Origin: a virus
Reading direction: 5' to 3' (one strand)
Length of the DNA: 64,000 nucleotides
Virus record (IMG/VR): IMGVR_UViG_3300022074_000006
Coordinates: 32,001 to 96,000 of that record
A program made the position numbers and the translations under genes. A model generated the notes under the pieces. It searched no databases. It saw only the letters and a program-made list of their open reading frames with translations, and had not been told where the DNA came from. Positions 53,915-63,683 of this stretch are shown here, one piece after another (positions within the stretch are counted from its first letter, which is position 1; each line of letters starts with the position of its first letter).

Positions 53915-55236
53915 GTACAAAAGAAGATAAAAAAATATCACACCCGGGTGCTCTAGACATGGGGCTTGAGGGCAGCGATTTTCCACTGGATATCGAAATA
54001 CCACCATGCACAGTCGAAGATGTCGACCGGTCTTTGTTTAATCTCTTGAACGAAAGTCTTCCGTTTCAGTTTGAGGATAAAGGGGCACAAAAGAGAGTTC
54101 CTGTTATATTTGCAACAGGAGAAAGATTTGCTGTCTTGAGAAGAAACGAGCCCCTAAGGGACAAAGCTGGTGCCTTGATTCTTCCCTTGATATCACTTAT
54201 GAGAACGGGAATCAACCAAGATCCTTCACCTTCAGTTGGCCCTCATCATCGTGGGCCTGTTAAGATTAGAAGAAAAATAGACAAGTCAAGTGCCCTGTAC
54301 AAAAGACTAGTGAATTCAGAAGGGTTTAGAAATTCTAGAGATCATGCCCATCCTTCTGCTGGCCTAGGCCCCAAAGGTACCGAGCCGGGAAGGGTAGTTC
54401 AGCGAGGTGTCAAAGAAAAGTCAAACCCTAATGGCATCAAGGGAATGCCAACCTTTGATTTGGCAGACAACGTCTATGAGACGATAGTGATGCCGGCAGT
54501 AAAATATTTTACAGCTTCTTATGACGTGACCTTCTGGTGCCAGTATACAGTTCAAATGAACGACATGATTTCAGCTCTCATTTCAATGTATCAGGACAAC
54601 AACAAAAGAACATTCAAACTTGAAACAGATAAGGGCTACTGGTTTGTTGCTTATGTGGGTGCTGAGCTTAGCCCTCAAGAAAACTTTGATGATTTTTCTG
54701 ATGAAGAGAGGCTTGTGAAGTACACCTTCACAGTAGCAGTTAACGGATATCAGATCAGCCCAGACTATCCGGGTGCTCCAGTTTTTTTGAGAAGACATGT
54801 ATCAGCTTCCCAGATAAGCTTTGAACTAGAAGAAGATCCCGGGGTCGCTGTTCCAACAACTGGACTTTCCGGAGATCCTAGCTCTTTTATTTTAGAAGAC
54901 CTTGCAACTGTTAATGACCCACTTCCAGGACAGTCTGTAGCAGGCTCCGGAGTTGATTCTTCTAGAAGTGTGATAGGTGATATCGTGGCCGCTGGAGCCT
55001 ACGCTGGGTCGGGAACAGGCATGCCGGGACACCCAGCGAACCTCCCGGGAAATACATCGGTCGGAGGAACAGGTGCAGGTCAGACAAATAACGTAATAAT
55101 GAAACATGAAAGACACCCCGTCACAGGAGAAGAGAGGCCTGTCTATACTAAACGGGTGTCTAGGAACTCTAGAAAAGGTGAGACGGTTCACAAGATGGTG
55201 AACCCTAAGGCACTCGGCAATATCGACAATGGTTAG
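53911..55236 (+). CDS. Tail completion/sheath-terminator protein (T4 gp15-like) with a Gly/Pro-rich extension
   Basis: VPVIFATGERF...ILPLISLMRT...SYDVTFW...QMND pattern; ATGA overlap; precedes the sheath genes. Confidence 0.6.
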   Translation: MSTKEDKKISHPGALDMGLEGSDFPLDIEIPPCTVEDVDRSLFNLLNESLPFQFEDKGAQKRVPVIFATGERFAVLRRNEPLRDKAGALILPLISLMRTGINQDPSPSVGPHHRGPVKIRRKIDKSSALYKRLVNSEGFRNSRDHAHPSAGLGPKGTEPGRVVQRGVKEKSNPNGIKGMPTFDLADNVYETIVMPAVKYFTASYDVTFWCQYTVQMNDMISALISMYQDNNKRTFKLETDKGYWFVAYVGAELSPQENFDDFSDEERLVKYTFTVAVNGYQISPDYPGAPVFLRRHVSASQISFELEEDPGVAVPTTGLSGDPSSFILEDLATVNDPLPGQSVAGSGVDSSRSVIGDIVAAGAYAGSGTGMPGHPANLPGNTSVGGTGAGQTNNVIMKHERHPVTGEERPVYTKRVSRNSRKGETVHKMVNPKALGNIDNG

Positions 55237-55276
55237 CCGTTATTAATAATGTGAAAGAATTTTGACTATGGAAACG

Positions 55277-55283
55277 ATACTTA
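55277..55283 (+). promoter_or_regulatory. Putative late promoter motif ATACTTA for the sheath genes
   Basis: Intergenic, upstream of the GAGGAG RBS and the ATG at 55320. Confidence 0.6.
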
Positions 55284-55319
55284 ATGTAGGAAGATTAGAT
55301 CCCCGAGGAGATTTGTATT

Positions 55320-58300
55320 ATGGCTGAACAGACTTTTCGCTCTCCAGGATTTTTCGAAAACGAAATTGACCTGGCAGCAAGAGACGCCGCACCTCAAGGC
55401 GTACCAGCAGGAATCATAGGGACTGCTGAGAAGGGACCTGCATTTGTCCCAGTGACTTTGGGAAGTGTCCCCGACTTTACAACAAGGTTTGGTTCTCTTT
55501 CACCAGAGCGCTTTGGACCCTACGCAGTAAATGAATGGTTTAAGAGCAGAGGTGCATTGACTTACATGCGTGTGTTGGGCGCCGGCGCTAACTCGAGCCA
55601 GACACACTTTTCTGACACCAAGAACTTTGGAATAGTCAAGAACGCTGGATTTGTCATACCGGGTGCTTTGCCTCCCGGTGCTACAGGTGGTAATGCTAAA
55701 GCACACGAACATGTTGTGCAGTTTATCACAGCGAGACACAACTTGGCCAACACCGATGGCGGAGAAATGTTTGGCTACCCAATGTTTACTGATAACGATA
55801 GTTTTGCTGAAGAAGTCTCAGACAAGGTAAATCTCGTTCGTGGTGTTCTCTTTACAACTACAGGTTCTAGATTTGAACTCTTAAGCAACGGTGTTGCAGC
55901 TTCAACTTCCATTGTGTTCACTGGACAATCTGCCGCCAATGCAACGATCATCATCAACGATGGGTTTGGAAAATCCAGGACATATTTGGCTGCGGGTGGC
56001 AACGATGCAGGTAGCCTTCAGTTCGATAGAACTGCGGGCGCTCAAGCTGCTGGTCTCAAGCTTGCTATTGACAACACCGCCGGTCATGGAGGTGACATTA
56101 TAACAAGTGTTGATGGAAACACAATCACTTTGACAAATAGGCGGGTTGGAACAGCCGGAAATCAGAACGTAGGTGGTGTAAACCAGTCGAATATGACGAT
56201 AGCGAACAGCGGTAAGTTTGCTGGCGGAATAAACACTTTCTTTGAATACGACGTTCACAAGCATACTTTTACGACCCCGAGTGATTTTTTGAACGCCGCT
56301 AGCAGCAGGTACAAAGATGCACAATCTTACTTCAAGCTTGTTCTTTCAACTTCAGCAGGCGAGACTTTCGGTAAGGACGAAGGAAACCCGGGCGTTAGAA
56401 TACTGACTGCTTCTCTAGAGCCTACCGATCCTTACTACATCGGCAGAATTTTAAACACGGATCCTAAAAAGTTCTATCAAGAGCGTCACTTGCTCTACTT
56501 GGACTTTGCTGTTGAAAGTGAAATGGCAAAGGTTGATACAGCAGCGGGATCGATCGCACTCATGTCAGGATCAGCAAACTCTCCAGGCGATATTAGTCCT
56601 AAGTCTTTTGCCAATAGAACCTTAGACGCGACTTTCATGGAGCTGTTTGGACGATTTGACACCAGGTACACGACACCCAAGACACCTAACATCATCTCTC
56701 AGCCGTTTGGCACAAAAGAGCACGATCTCTTTCACTTTGAGACAGTGTCAGATGGTGAGTGGGGCAACTCTAAGTTCAAGGTATCAATAGCTAATGTACG
56801 TGCCTCTACAGATCCTAGAAACCCCTACGGAACTTTTGAAGTACAGCTAAGAAACTTCAATGATACCGATAAGTCACCTCAAATCTTGGAGGCCTTTCCA
56901 AACTGTACACTCAATCCTCACGACGATAGATACGTTGCAAAACAAATCGGGGATTACAAGGTTCGATGGAACCACGATGCAGAAAACCCGGCAGAACGTC
57001 GTCTGGTTGTGAAGGGGAAGCATCCTAATAGATCACACAGATTTAGAATTGTAATGAACCAGGGAATCGAGGACGGAAACGTTCCTAAGAACGCACTTCC
57101 TTTTGGGTTTAGAGGAATGGAAGTACTCAGGACTTCTGACTCTCTTACAGACAAGATTGATACAAATCTATTCTTCCGAAACGGAGCTAAGGCAGGTGTT
57201 CTTGCAGCAGACGGAGGTGTGGTAAGAATCGATGGAGATCTAGGAGGTCATCAGATACACAAAGCTTCGATCATTCCGCCCTTACCTTTTAGATTTAAAG
57301 TAACAAAGGACGCAGTTGAAAATGTTGGTGTTGGAGCCGACGCCGGGAAGAATTTCATCCCGTCAAATGATAAGTACGTCGGTCGTCCAGGCCAAAATGA
57401 GAGAGTAGACTCTCGATTCTACTGGGGTGTTAAGACAACTCGTTTACCCATAACAGCTTCTTTGCCAGCCGGAGAGATGTCTAACGCTGTCTTGAGGTCA
57501 AATGACAGCAGCAATCTTAACCCTCTTGTCAAGGCTTACACAAAGATGCACGGCATCGGCAAGATGGGAACTTTGATTACCGGATCTGCAGCGGATGAAT
57601 TTAATGACAACAAGTTTACTTTAGCCCGAGTAGCTTTGGAGAATAGCCTAGGAGGTAATAAGCTGGAGACAGTTGTGACAGGAACATCTAGGCAGCACAT
57701 GCTCCAAGCAGTTTACGTTAGAAACGGCCACCCTAATTCTACTAACTACACGATCACAGATCGAAGCAGTTTTAAGACTGATAGAATTACAATGGCAACC
57801 CTTGTAAATTCTTCTTCGGTAATCTTCAATAGGTTTACTGAATACTGCAAGTTTACAACCGTATTCCAGGGTGGCTTTGATGGAACCAATATCCTAAGCC
57901 GAGATGGCTATTACATGACTGACAAGGCTGCATCAAGTGACCCCGGTGGGCATGCCCTTGACGTCCCGGGCGGAGATTGCTACCAAGGGCTTGCACATCT
58001 AGTTGCAGGCGCTGGAGGTAGAAACAGTGTTGTTAGCTCATTTAAGACAGCAACCCGGATCATGACCGATCCAACAACTGTCAGGCTTAACCTGCTTGCA
58101 ATCCCGGGAATGAGAGACCCTGACATCGTTAATGATGCACAGGAAAGAGTCAAGGATTACGGGTTGGCAATGTATGTCATGGACTTGAGAAACTACGACC
58201 AGGACACTAAGCGCCTCTATGACGACTCCAAAAAGAAGCCAGATGTTAGAATCACAGCTGAGCAATTCGAAGGAGAGGCAATCGACAACAATTACAGCGC

Positions 58301-58913
58301 GACTTACTTCCCCGATGTATACATTCGAGACGAAGCGAATAATCGACCTGTAAAGGTTCCAGCTTCCGTGGCTGCGATTTCCGCGCTAGGATTTAACGAT
58401 AGAGTCGGATTCCCATGGTTTGCGCCTGCAGGCTTCAATAGAGGATCTCTTGCTTCTGTGACCAACGTTCACACGCGTCTTTCTTCTGCAGATAGGGACG
58501 AACTCTACGATGTTCGAATTAATCCAATTGCAGTTTTCCCAACAGGAAGATTTGTGATATTCGGTCAAAAGACGCTGCAGCAGGCTAAGTCTGCACTTGA
58601 TCGTGTAAACGTTCGAAGGCTTCTCCTAGAAGTCAAGAGAAGAGTTTCCGGCGTTGCAAGAAAGCTTCTTTTTGAGGCAAACGACGCGCAGACACGTGCA
58701 AGGTTCGTAGGTGAAGTTGCACCACAGCTTGCAACAATTCAGGCTCAAGCAGGAGTCGAAAGATTTGCAGTTGTCTGTGACGGAACAAACAACACATCGG
58801 TTGACGAAGAAGAAAACCGAATGAACGGTAGGATAGTAATAGTTCCGACGCTTGCTGTAGAGTTCATTGCACTGGACTTTATTGTTACAAGTGCTGGTGT
58901 ATCCTTCGAGTAA
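55320..58913 (+). CDS. Tail sheath protein 1 (T4 gp18-like, 1197 aa)
   Basis: N-terminal SPGFFENEIDL...GIIGTAEKGPAFVP; C-terminal WFAPAGFNRG, INPI, GQKTLQ, LDRVNVRRLL, VEFIALDF. Confidence 0.93.
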   Translation: MAEQTFRSPGFFENEIDLAARDAAPQGVPAGIIGTAEKGPAFVPVTLGSVPDFTTRFGSLSPERFGPYAVNEWFKSRGALTYMRVLGAGANSSQTHFSDTKNFGIVKNAGFVIPGALPPGATGGNAKAHEHVVQFITARHNLANTDGGEMFGYPMFTDNDSFAEEVSDKVNLVRGVLFTTTGSRFELLSNGVAASTSIVFTGQSAANATIIINDGFGKSRTYLAAGGNDAGSLQFDRTAGAQAAGLKLAIDNTAGHGGDIITSVDGNTITLTNRRVGTAGNQNVGGVNQSNMTIANSGKFAGGINTFFEYDVHKHTFTTPSDFLNAASSRYKDAQSYFKLVLSTSAGETFGKDEGNPGVRILTASLEPTDPYYIGRILNTDPKKFYQERHLLYLDFAVESEMAKVDTAAGSIALMSGSANSPGDISPKSFANRTLDATFMELFGRFDTRYTTPKTPNIISQPFGTKEHDLFHFETVSDGEWGNSKFKVSIANVRASTDPRNPYGTFEVQLRNFNDTDKSPQILEAFPNCTLNPHDDRYVAKQIGDYKVRWNHDAENPAERRLVVKGKHPNRSHRFRIVMNQGIEDGNVPKNALPFGFRGMEVLRTSDSLTDKIDTNLFFRNGAKAGVLAADGGVVRIDGDLGGHQIHKASIIPPLPFRFKVTKDAVENVGVGADAGKNFIPSNDKYVGRPGQNERVDSRFYWGVKTTRLPITASLPAGEMSNAVLRSNDSSNLNPLVKAYTKMHGIGKMGTLITGSAADEFNDNKFTLARVALENSLGGNKLETVVTGTSRQHMLQAVYVRNGHPNSTNYTITDRSSFKTDRITMATLVNSSSVIFNRFTEYCKFTTVFQGGFDGTNILSRDGYYMTDKAASSDPGGHALDVPGGDCYQGLAHLVAGAGGRNSVVSSFKTATRIMTDPTTVRLNLLAIPGMRDPDIVNDAQERVKDYGLAMYVMDLRNYDQDTKRLYDDSKKKPDVRITAEQFEGEAIDNNYSATYFPDVYIRDEANNRPVKVPASVAAISALGFNDRVGFPWFAPAGFNRGSLASVTNVHTRLSSADRDELYDVRINPIAVFPTGRFVIFGQKTLQQAKSALDRVNVRRLLLEVKRRVSGVARKLLFEANDAQTRARFVGEVAPQLATIQAQAGVERFAVVCDGTNNTSVDEEENRMNGRIVIVPTLAVEFIALDFIVTSAGVSFE

Positions 58914-58963
58914 GAAAATATGTATACTAGTGAAACAAAATTAAATTTCAGGAGCGAAATGAA

Positions 58964-61900
58964 ATGACAGAATCAACTTCACAAGCCGCAGGCGTAAGAT
59001 CTGCAGAATTAGATCTCAGCGGCCCAACATCAGTTCAGCCTTCTGGTGTGCCAGCAGCTGTTGTTGGGACTTCCACCAAGGGGCGAGCATTTTTACCGAT
59101 GACTTTTGCAACAGTCCAGGACTTTGAAAGAGAGTTCGGAAAAGCTGATGGCAAGCACTTTGGCCCGTTGGCAGTTCATGAATGGATGAGAAATGCTCGA
59201 GCTGGTACGTTTGTTAGAGTCCTAGGTGTAGGCGACGGTAAACAAAGAAGTTCTGTCAATGGTACTGTCAACAAAGCTGGATTCGTTGTCGGAAACGAAC
59301 AAATTCAGCTCTCTACAACGCTAGTAGGACCTAATCTTTCAGCATATGGTGGAACAGATGCCAGACAGGGACTTTCTGGTCGAACTTATTTTCTAGGTGC
59401 ATATATGGAGCCGGCGGGCAGTACATTTACTGATGCAGGCATCACCGCTGTTGGCGTTGACAAGCACGAGCCGATTCTAAGAGGTGTTTTGATGGTGCCG
59501 TCCGGCGTCGTTCCTACGTTGAGTAGTAGTTTTAGAACCCACGGTCAGAATGATACTCCTCTCGGAGCCGTCATACCAAGGATTGCTAACAAAAACAACA
59601 CGTTCCTTAACGATCAAACTGTTACCGGCGTTAAAGGCGGCGCTTTTGGCGATATCAGTGCAGCCGGAGAATTCGTTTTGCTCCTAAACGGATTCAAAGC
59701 CACAGCTGAAAACCCGGGAATCATATCAGCGTCTTTTGACAGATCAGCAGGTAAAACCTTTCTTGGTAAAGCACTCAATACAGACCCAACAAAAATAGAA
59801 AAGTTAGGCCACTATCTTTACACCTACTATGACATTCATCCATCGATTGCCAAGGTTACGACCGATGTGACAAAGATTAAAGATCTAGGCGCTGCAGCAG
59901 ATCAGGCAGCTGGTGCTGGATTTACTGCAAAGTGTTTCATACTTTCAGGCGCTGGAGATTCGAACTCTTTTAATGCAGGAGGAACTAGGCCTAACTATGA
60001 AAATTTTGAGGAAAGATTCCAGACAGCTAAGTCACCTTTCGTGATATCGCAAAAGTTTGGCTCTTCACCTAAAAACCTGTTTAGGTTTCACCAGCTTGAT
60101 GACGGCGCTCTCAATGAACTCGATCGGGTCAAGATCACCATAGAGAACATTAAGGCATCAACAGCAACATACGATGACTTCGGAACATTTGATGTCCTGG
60201 TCAGAAAAATGGCTGATATAGACACAGATCGAAAGGTGATCGAAAGATACACAGCATGTAACTTAGATCCTACTTCTGACGACTATATCGCAAGAAAGAT
60301 TGGTGATTTTCACTTGTTCTACGACTTCGACAGAAGAGAAGGATCACAGAGAATACGTCACGAAGGGCTGTATCCGAATGTTTCAGCGAGAATAAGAGTT
60401 GAAATGCATCCTGACGTTGAGAACGAAGTCATCGAAAAGCGAGCAATACCTTGCGGATTTAGAGGAGCACCTCACTTGCTCACAAGAATGGATGACCCAA
60501 ATAAGCCAGTCTTGCTCAACGCGGTCGGAGGAGACGCCGCCGACGCGACTGCCACTGACACCCACGGCGTGGAAGCTCGTGAGATCGGAGCAGGCGGAGC
60601 ACTCGGAGCGACTGATGCACTTCGAAGTGTAGGACTAACTCGAATGATCGAGCTTCCTATTCCAATGAGAGAGAACCTTCTCAAAGACGACTTAAAGACT
60701 GTCAATTCAAGTTTCACATGGGGCATGCAGTTTGAAAGAAAGGTCAACGTCTCTAAGCCGAACTCTGGTAAAACAATGGACGACACGTGGAACAGCTTTG
60801 TAAAGTTCTTTCCACAAGACACGCTTAGAAATCCTGGATTTCAGGTCTTCGATAACGAGGGAACTGCGAAGAAAGACGGAGTCGAATACGATTGTGACGT
60901 CTTCAACAACAATCTGTTTACTCTAGAGAGAGTCCAGGTTGTCACAGGTGCCTTTGATTTGCCAGATGTCAACAAATGGGACGCGGCAGTCTATAGAAGA
61001 AACGGTGTCAAGACTATTCTTACAGACAAAGACGGAAAAACCCACTCAGCTGCAGACACAAGATTTTTAGATCCATCTAAGGACTTTAAACCGGGTGATA
61101 ATTCCACTCAATACCTTGGATTTACTATGACACTTTTTGGTGGATTTGATGGAAACAACATTTTCAACAAAGAGCGGGCTAAAATGACAGACTACGCTGC
61201 ACGTCTTGAGATGGAAAATCCAAGCATGGCAGGAAATTCTGAGAACACTATTGCTTCTTTCAAGAAAGCGATTGATGTACTGACAGAAAGATCAGATTCC
61301 GATATTCAGCTTTTGGCAATACCTGGCATGAGACACCCAGCGATCACCAACCATGGTATCGACGCTGTTGAAAATAGATTTGACGCGATGTACATAATAG
61401 ACATTGAGGAAATGGATCTAGACAACGTAGTTCTAACTGGGTCTAACATCGACACAGAAGGTCAGCTAATTTCAGTCGAAAACACGGTGAGAAGGCTTCG
61501 AAACAGAAATCTTGATACATCATTCGCGGCAGCTTACTTTCCTGACGTGACGATTGAAAAGCCAGGGTCAACGCAGACTGTCGACGTTCCCCCATCAGTA
61601 GTTGTTCTTGGAGGATTCTCCTTGAATGACTCAGTTGCTCATCCTTGGTTCGCTCCTGCAGGTTTTGCCAGAGGTAGGTTGACAACAACAGTTCGTGGTA
61701 ACGTCAATCTCAACACAGAAAACTTAGATATTCTGTACGATTCTGACATAAACCCATTGAGGCCACATCCTCAGCATGTTGAAGACGGAGTCGTTATGTG
61801 GGGACAGAAGACATTGCTTCAGGCATCTTCTGCTCTAGATAGAGTAAACGTTAGAAGATTGTTGATTGACATCAGACGCAAGGTGAAAGCAGTTGCTTTT

Positions 61901-62149
61901 AACTTCCTGTTCGAACCAAATAGAGAAGATACCCTCGCGTCCTTCTCAGCGCTTGTTACGCCTATACTTAGCAACGTCCAGGCTCAAAGAGGTGTGTCTC
62001 GATTCAAGGTCCAAATAGACACCTCTACGACTACCCAGGCGGATGTCGAGAACAACACAATTAGAGGAAAGATATTCTTGCAGCCAATCAGATCGCTTGA
62101 GTTCGTTGAGCTCACTTTCGTTGTTGCAAATCAGGGAGCTGAAATTTAA
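58964..62149 (+). CDS. Tail sheath protein 2 (T4 gp18-like, 1061 aa)
   Basis: GVRSAELDL...AVVGTSTKGRAFLP; WFAPAGFARG, INPL, GQKTLL, LDRVNVRRLL, LEFVELTF. Complete paralogue of sheath 1. Confidence 0.93.
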   Translation: MTESTSQAAGVRSAELDLSGPTSVQPSGVPAAVVGTSTKGRAFLPMTFATVQDFEREFGKADGKHFGPLAVHEWMRNARAGTFVRVLGVGDGKQRSSVNGTVNKAGFVVGNEQIQLSTTLVGPNLSAYGGTDARQGLSGRTYFLGAYMEPAGSTFTDAGITAVGVDKHEPILRGVLMVPSGVVPTLSSSFRTHGQNDTPLGAVIPRIANKNNTFLNDQTVTGVKGGAFGDISAAGEFVLLLNGFKATAENPGIISASFDRSAGKTFLGKALNTDPTKIEKLGHYLYTYYDIHPSIAKVTTDVTKIKDLGAAADQAAGAGFTAKCFILSGAGDSNSFNAGGTRPNYENFEERFQTAKSPFVISQKFGSSPKNLFRFHQLDDGALNELDRVKITIENIKASTATYDDFGTFDVLVRKMADIDTDRKVIERYTACNLDPTSDDYIARKIGDFHLFYDFDRREGSQRIRHEGLYPNVSARIRVEMHPDVENEVIEKRAIPCGFRGAPHLLTRMDDPNKPVLLNAVGGDAADATATDTHGVEAREIGAGGALGATDALRSVGLTRMIELPIPMRENLLKDDLKTVNSSFTWGMQFERKVNVSKPNSGKTMDDTWNSFVKFFPQDTLRNPGFQVFDNEGTAKKDGVEYDCDVFNNNLFTLERVQVVTGAFDLPDVNKWDAAVYRRNGVKTILTDKDGKTHSAADTRFLDPSKDFKPGDNSTQYLGFTMTLFGGFDGNNIFNKERAKMTDYAARLEMENPSMAGNSENTIASFKKAIDVLTERSDSDIQLLAIPGMRHPAITNHGIDAVENRFDAMYIIDIEEMDLDNVVLTGSNIDTEGQLISVENTVRRLRNRNLDTSFAAAYFPDVTIEKPGSTQTVDVPPSVVVLGGFSLNDSVAHPWFAPAGFARGRLTTTVRGNVNLNTENLDILYDSDINPLRPHPQHVEDGVVMWGQKTLLQASSALDRVNVRRLLIDIRRKVKAVAFNFLFEPNREDTLASFSALVTPILSNVQAQRGVSRFKVQIDTSTTTQADVENNTIRGKIFLQPIRSLEFVELTFVVANQGAEI

Positions 62150-62158
62150 TTCAGCTGC

Positions 62159-62165
62159 ATACTTA
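62159..62165 (+). promoter_or_regulatory. Putative late promoter motif ATACTTA for the tail tube gene
   Basis: Intergenic, upstream of AAGGAG and the ATG at 62203. Confidence 0.6.
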
Positions 62166-62202
62166 TTAAATGCCCAGAACGATTTTTAAGGAGTAAAAAC
62201 AA

Positions 62203-62691
62203 ATGGCAGATACATTAAACGTCTCGGAGATGTTACCCAACAAGTTCGAGCCCAAGAGAAAGTTTCGTTGGGTTTTCGCTATCGAGGGTATTGACAGCTT
62301 TCTGTTAAAGACGGCAGCGAGACCTGCCGTAACCACTGCAGAAATTGAAGTTCCGTTCATCAACGCGACACGATACATTGCAGGCAAAACAAAGTTTGAG
62401 CAAATCAACTTGACGCTTCACGATCCGATCGCACCATCTGGAGCGCAGCAGGTCATGGAGTGGGTAAGAACTCACTATGAGTCAGTTTCAGGCCGGTCTG
62501 GATACGCTGATTTCTATAAGAGAGATTGTCAGCTTAAGATGTTGGACCCAGTAGGTACTGTTGTTGAGCTTTGGGACATGAAGGGGTGCTTCATAACAAG
62601 CGCTAACTTCAACGATCTTGACTACGCAGCAGACGATGCAGTTGAGATTTCACTCACCCTCCGATACGACAACTGCATCCTCCAGTACTAA
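62203..62691 (+). CDS. Tail tube protein (T4 gp19-like)
   Basis: RFIAGK-type motif (RYIAGKTKFEQINLTLHD), EWVR, LKMLDP.G.VVELW...GCF, LTLRYD; follows the sheaths. Confidence 0.9.
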   Translation: MADTLNVSEMLPNKFEPKRKFRWVFAIEGIDSFLLKTAARPAVTTAEIEVPFINATRYIAGKTKFEQINLTLHDPIAPSGAQQVMEWVRTHYESVSGRSGYADFYKRDCQLKMLDPVGTVVELWDMKGCFITSANFNDLDYAADDAVEISLTLRYDNCILQY

Positions 62692-62716
62692 TATCTTACA
62701 ACGTTCTGGAAAAGAT

Positions 62717-62741
62717 AAAGGGCGCCTTGTGCGCCCTTTTC
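62717..62741 (+). terminator. Rho-independent terminator after the tube gene
   Basis: AAAGGGCGC-CTTGT-GCGCCCTTT followed by TC; A-tract on the 5' side, so possibly bidirectional. Confidence 0.85.
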
Positions 62742-62828
62742 TGTGTCAAAAAATAGTTTACTCTTAACAAAAGCGGTATTTATTTAAATGTACTTGACTG
62801 TATTCACACATAGGAGGACTCGAGTTTA

Positions 62829-63683
62829 ATGAGCGACGAAAGACAGACAAAGAACGAAGTATTTACGGCGTCGGACGCCCAAAGGCAGGGAATACAAACT
62901 AGAAACGTGGCGGCAGAAGACTTCGGTCTAGAGATTCCTGTTGAAACTGTTCCCCTCCCGTCTGGAGGCAAGACTTATCCTGAAGGCACAAACTTGCATA
63001 ATGCAACAACCGTTCAGATAAAGGCAATGACAGCTCGCGAAGAAGATATTCTCACTTCAAGAGCACTGATCAAGAAGGGCACAGTTATTGAAACTCTCGT
63101 CAAGTCATGCATGATAGATAAGTCATTTGATGTTGGTGACATGTTGTCCGGCGATAGAAATGGAATTATGACAGCTATTAGGATCACTGGTTATGGTGCA
63201 GAATACACTGTCGATGTTGAGTGTCCAGAATGTGGAGAAAAAAGCAAGCAAGATTTTAACCTTGCCGACTTGCCTATCAACACACTAAACATTGATCCCT
63301 TGATAAGCGGTGAAAACATCTTTGAGTTTCAGCTCCCAATCACCAAGAAAAAAGTTCACTTTAAGTTCTTGACAGGAAAAGACGAACAAGAAATCACTAC
63401 CATCGCAGAGAGAAAGAAAAAGAAGGGAATCCTAAACGAGAACTCAGTGACTACTCGGCTTAGACATTCTATCATGTCTATAGACGGTGTTACAGACAAG
63501 AATAAGATCGGGCTTTTTGTAGGGAATATGCCTGCCAGAGATTCTCTCGCTCTTAGAAAGTTTATCGACAAGAACGAGCCGGGAATTGACATGAAGTCTT
63601 GGATGGAATGCCCACACTGCTCAGAACACTCGGAGGTGCGCCTTCCCATGGGCGCCTCGTTTTTTTGGCCTGACACCGAGTGA
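62829..63683 (+). CDS. Tail/baseplate-hub assembly chaperone (T4 gp26/gp51-like)
   Basis: VPLPS.GK.YP, IKAMTAREEDIL, LSGDRNGIM.AIRITGYG, two CPxC motifs (CPEC, CPHC); ends ASFFWPDTE. AGGAGG RBS. Confidence 0.75.
   Translation: MSDERQTKNEVFTASDAQRQGIQTRNVAAEDFGLEIPVETVPLPSGGKTYPEGTNLHNATTVQIKAMTAREEDILTSRALIKKGTVIETLVKSCMIDKSFDVGDMLSGDRNGIMTAIRITGYGAEYTVDVECPECGEKSKQDFNLADLPINTLNIDPLISGENIFEFQLPITKKKVHFKFLTGKDEQEITTIAERKKKKGILNENSVTTRLRHSIMSIDGVTDKNKIGLFVGNMPARDSLALRKFIDKNEPGIDMKSWMECPHCSEHSEVRLPMGASFFWPDTE

Noticed and set aside
72-63676. The many short minus-strand and alternate-frame ORFs in the track (60-151 aa)
   Set aside because: They lie within long, motif-bearing + strand genes and show no recognisable motifs; consistent with shadow ORFs. 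Only 13912..15087 is accepted on the minus strand.
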